Made by a program: the position numbers and the translations under genes
Source of the DNA: Candidatus Hydrogenedentota bacterium
Lineage (GTDB): Bacteria > Hydrogenedentota > Hydrogenedentia > Hydrogenedentales > SLHB01
Assembly (NCBI GenBank): GCA_963668025.2
Contig: CAXXTH010000008.1
Coordinates: 98,383-162,382, forward strand
Reading direction: 5' to 3'
DNA length: 64,000 nt
Notes under the pieces: model-generated
What the model was told of the DNA's origin: nothing
The model's database searches: none
What the model saw: the letters and a program-made list of their open reading frames with translations, nothing else
Shown: positions 60,311-64,000 of the stretch, piece by piece
Numbering within the stretch: the first letter of the stretch is position 1
Layout of the letters: each line of letters starts with the position of its first letter

Positions 60311-60712
60311 TCACGCCTCGCCCACGGCTTCCAGGATGATGGCGCGTAACTCTTTTGGTTCTATAGGCTTATTGACGAACGCCTGCGGCGGGGCCGTCCG
60401 AAATTGCTCCGCCAGCGACTCCGCCGTCTCCGGGGAGCCCAGTTCATAATCATTCACTGAACTCAACATGATGATAGGCGTATGCGCCAAACGCGCATCG
60501 CGCCGCATCGCCGCAAACACTTCCCGCCCATCCATCCCCGGCATCATGATATCCAGCACCACCAAATCCGGCAGCATCCCCGCCGCCACATGCAGCGCCT
60601 CCTCCCCATTCTCCGCCTCAGCCGCCTCCCACCCCATACGCATCAACACTTCCACCACAACGGCCCGCACATCCGCCTCATCATCCACCACCAATGCTTT
60701 ATTTGCTGGCAT
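60311..60712 (-). CDS. Single-domain response regulator (receiver)
   Basis: LVVDDE, DLVVLDIMMPGMDG, IIMLS and NKP motifs. Confidence 0.92.
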   Translation of the reverse strand: MPANKALVVDDEADVRAVVVEVLMRMGWEAAEAENGEEALHVAAGMLPDLVVLDIMMPGMDGREVFAAMRRDARLAHTPIIMLSSVNDYELGSPETAESLAEQFRTAPPQAFVNKPIEPKELRAIILEAVGEA

Positions 60713-60753
60713 GTTTACCTTTCTGAAAACAAAAAACACTCGAACCAATATTT

Positions 60754-60823
60754 ACCACAAAGACACCAAGACACAAGGAACACGGAAGAAGCAATTCCTT
60801 GTGTCTTGGTGTCTTCTTGTGGT
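60754..60823. repeat. Long palindrome P2 at the 3' end of GxxExxY copy 1
   Basis: ACCACAAAGACACCAAGACACAAGGAA-loop-TTCCTTGTGTCTTGGTGTCTTCTTGTGGT. Confidence 0.88.
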
Positions 60824-60830
60824 GAAAAAA

Positions 60831-61228
60831 TCACAACACCTTTTCTGCTGATGCCATCGCGCATCAAGGGTACATTGAAAATTGACCAGCAATCCGAGCC
60901 GTTTTCCCGCCAGTTTCAGGTAGGTCAATAACTGCGCCTCATGGATGGGAAGGGTCTTTTCCATTGCCTTGAGTTCCACCACCACCCGGTCATCCACCAG
61001 CAAATCCAGCCGCAGTCCCGCATCTAACTTGACGCCATCGTAGATGATAGGCGTTGTTACTTGCGATTGATAGTGAATGCCTTGCTTCGTAAGCTCGTGG
61101 CATAAGCACGCTTCATATACGCATTCCAGCAGCCCTGGCCCCAATGCCCGATGCACCTGGATGGCGGCATTCACCACGGCGTTCGCCGCTTTCTCCGTAC
61201 GCTCGGGAATTGGCTCAAATTGCTGCAT
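60831..61228 (-). CDS. GxxExxY protein (PD-(D/E)XK-like nuclease), copy 1; two apparent extra bases near the 3' end
   Basis: VHRALGPGLLECVYEACL, LRLDLLVDDRVVVELKA, HEAQLLTYLK and GLLVNF motifs; corrected end NVPLMRDGISRKVL*. GGGAGG RBS. Confidence 0.9.
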
Positions 61229-61250
61229 TCACCCTCCCCTTTTCTTTTTT

Positions 61251-61300
61251 CAACACAAAGGCACAAAGACACAAGGAATTGTTTTCGGTTCCTTATGTCT
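61251..61300. repeat. Palindrome P3 (right arm truncated) at the 5' end of GxxExxY copy 1
   Basis: CAACACAAAGGCACAAAGACACAAGGAA-TTGTTTTCGG-TTCCTTATGTCT. Confidence 0.85.
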
Positions 61301-61393
61301 GTATTATGATAGTGAATTTGAAACGATTGTGATATTTTGCTCCTTTACATTGGGCCAGTTGGGACGCAATTACTCAGATGAGGAGACGTAGGA

Positions 61394-61641
61394 ATGAAAG
61401 TGACTTTTGTTGTTGGAATTATTGCCTTCGTAAAGGCAATACGGATAAGATCATGGGATGGGCACGCAAAGAATTGGACTTAAATTTCCCGCCTTTACAA
61501 GGCATGGATGTTGAGGATACTGCATGGCAGCAATCACGGAAAATAACTGGCATATCGTTTGATCTATGCAATAAATCTATGCGAATTAGTCTTGGGGATG
61601 AAATAACTGTAGATAAAGACCCACTTGGAAAGCACAGTTAA
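61394..61641 (+). pseudogene. Short AT-rich hypothetical gene or fragment, probably frameshifted
   Basis: AGGAG RBS and ATG 61394 (MKVTFVVGII); the continuation KGNTDKIMGWARKELDLNFPP... is in another frame. Confidence 0.35.
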
Positions 61642-61682
61642 GGCGTACAAGCTTAGCGAATGGCAAGTGGATGTAGATGATA

Positions 61683-61787
61683 TCTGAAAACCCTTCAGAG
61701 TGCATGCCTTTGGTGAACTCGATGCAGGCGCCGCGCGGCGTCGAGCATGTCCCAGAGGCGGGCCATGTCTTTGATGTCAGGCGGCAT
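61683..61787 (-). pseudogene. Truncated HEPN/DUF86-like toxin N-terminus
   Basis: MPPDIKDMARLWDMLDAAR...IEFTKGM overlaps the MNT gene stop, then similarity is lost. Confidence 0.55.
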
Positions 61788-62086
61788 AGAGCACCTCGCG
61801 GGTGCGCAGGATCTCCTGGATGCGCCACGGGATTGCGCAACGCTTCTCGTTCCACGAGGTCGATGGGGCGCTCGTAACGCGCTTCGAGTTCCTCTTTCAT
61901 TGTTAGCAGGGCATCGAGGTCTAGAGAGGTTTCAGGCTCGAAACTCACGAGGAAAATCGAGGTCGCTATCTGGTTTGAAGTCGGACCGAAGGGCGGAGCC
62001 GAAAAGGGACAACTCTTTGATGCGCCATTTTACAGCAGAACTGGGCCAGCACATTCATTGGTCTGAGAACACATCTCCGCGCTCAT
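61777..62086 (-). pseudogene. Minimal nucleotidyltransferase (MNT) antitoxin with several frameshifts
   Basis: Assembled across frames: [36 protein letters not shown]...IDLVEREALRNP..EVLYAA*. GGAGG RBS. Confidence 0.75.
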
Positions 62087-62196
62087 TGTCAGGCCTCCTG
62101 TTCGGCTCCCGCTTTCTACGTGGTATACATTAAAAACATACGAAGACTTTTACATGGATACTTGAAGCGATTCAAGATAGGCGTACGATTCATTTT

Positions 62197-62263
62197 CAAC
62201 ACAAAGGCACGAAGACACAAGGAACATGGAAGCAATTCCTTGTGCCTTGGTGTCTTTGTGTTG
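62197..62263. repeat. Long palindrome P4 at the 3' end of GxxExxY copy 2
   Basis: CAACACAAAGGCACGAAGACACAAGGAA-CATGGAAGCAA-TTCCTTGTGCCTTGGTGTCTTTGTGTTG. Confidence 0.9.
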
Positions 62264-62268
62264 AAAAA

Positions 62269-62671
62269 TCACAACACTTTCCTGCTAATTCCGTCGCGCA
62301 TCAGGGCCACGTTGAAATTGACCAGCAATCCGAGCCGTTTTCCCCGCCAGTTCTCAGGTAGGTCAATAACTGCGCCTCATGGATGGGAAGGGTCTTTTCC
62401 ATTGCCTTGAGTTCCACCACCACCCGGTCCATCCACCAGCAAATCCAGCCGCAGTCCCGCAATCCAGCTTGACGCCATCATAGATGATAGGCATTGTCAC
62501 TTGGGATTGATAGGGAATGCCTTGCTTCGTAAGCTCGTGGCATAAAGCACGCTTCATATACACATTCCAGCAGCCCCGGCCCCAATGCCCGATGCACCTG
62601 GAATGGCGGCATTCACCACGGCGTTCGCCGCTTTCTCCGTACGCTCGGGGATTGGCTCAAAATTGCTGCAT
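62269..62671 (-). pseudogene. GxxExxY protein, copy 2 (about 7 extra bases; pseudogene or sequencing errors)
   Basis: Colinear with 60831-61228 from ATG CAG CAA to NFNVALMRDGISRKVL*. Confidence 0.85.
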
Positions 62672-62695
62672 TCACCCTCCCCCCTTTCCTTTTTC

Positions 62696-62759
62696 AACAC
62701 AAAGGCACAAAGACACAAGGAATTGTTTCCGGTTCCTTGTGTCTTCGTGCCTTTGTGTT
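62696..62759. repeat. Long palindrome P5 at the 5' end of GxxExxY copy 2
   Basis: 27-bp arms with one mismatch around the loop TTGTTTCCGG. Confidence 0.9.
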
Positions 62760-62883
62760 AAAAAATCCGGATCTTCATAGTTGCTCAATTCTCGCGCTCA
62801 TTGCCAGGCCTCCTTTGGATTTGCTATTATACTATACGAAGAATACAGGAAAAACCACACAGAAATCCATAAAAAGTGCTGAA

Positions 62884-62956
62884 CGTAGCATGGGCGTCTC
62901 GCCCATGAAGCAAGTGCTATAGCCCATTGAATCATGGGCGAGACGCCCATGCTACG
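62884..62956. repeat. GTAG-family REP doublet
   Basis: CGTAGCATGGGCGTCTCGCCCATG and its perfect inverse CATGGGCGAGACGCCCATGCTACG. Confidence 0.85.
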
Positions 62957-62962
62957 TTTTGT

Positions 62963-63994
<1,032 letters not shown>

Positions 63995-64000
63995 GGCAGT

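Noticed and set aside
60752-60830. 158-aa extended form of GxxExxY copy 1 reading through palindrome P2
   Set aside because: Caused by two extra bases; copy 2 and the remnant both end ...RKVL* before the palindrome.
60085-62759. CRISPR array
   Set aside because: The repeats are ~65 nt, alternate in orientation, are separated by hundreds of bp of gene sequence, and no cas genes are present.

Overview
Bacterial chromosomal window, mostly housekeeping genes (sixA, hisB, rpmB, rlmN, panE, recA, tRNA-Gly, zapA, pheST, yggS, psd/pssA, radC, prmC, prfA, rpmE), with three accessory features. (1) 11.5-26.3 kb: a YtrA-type GntR regulator and one ABC ATPase are followed by four tandem ~1,020-1,050-aa paralogues. 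Each looks like two fused ABC-2-type membrane domains plus a variable extracytoplasmic domain ending in a GspG-like motif, and the spacers between them hold palindromic repeats. (2) Two apparently identical 1,798-bp ISKra4-like insertion sequences with 9-bp target duplications. Both sit exactly 16 bp upstream of a predicted sigma70 -35 box. (3) 60.1-62.8 kb: two GxxExxY (PD-(D/E)XK-like nuclease) genes and a remnant, each bounded by oppositely oriented ~65-nt palindromes with ~9-nt internal periodicity, interleaved with small cargo-like genes. This is the best candidate for an undescribed palindrome-bounded mobile unit. Extra bases in homopolymer runs in pssA, prmC, prfA and the last ~4 kb are most likely sequencing errors. 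All calls come from reading the sequence and recalled family motifs; no database searches were run.
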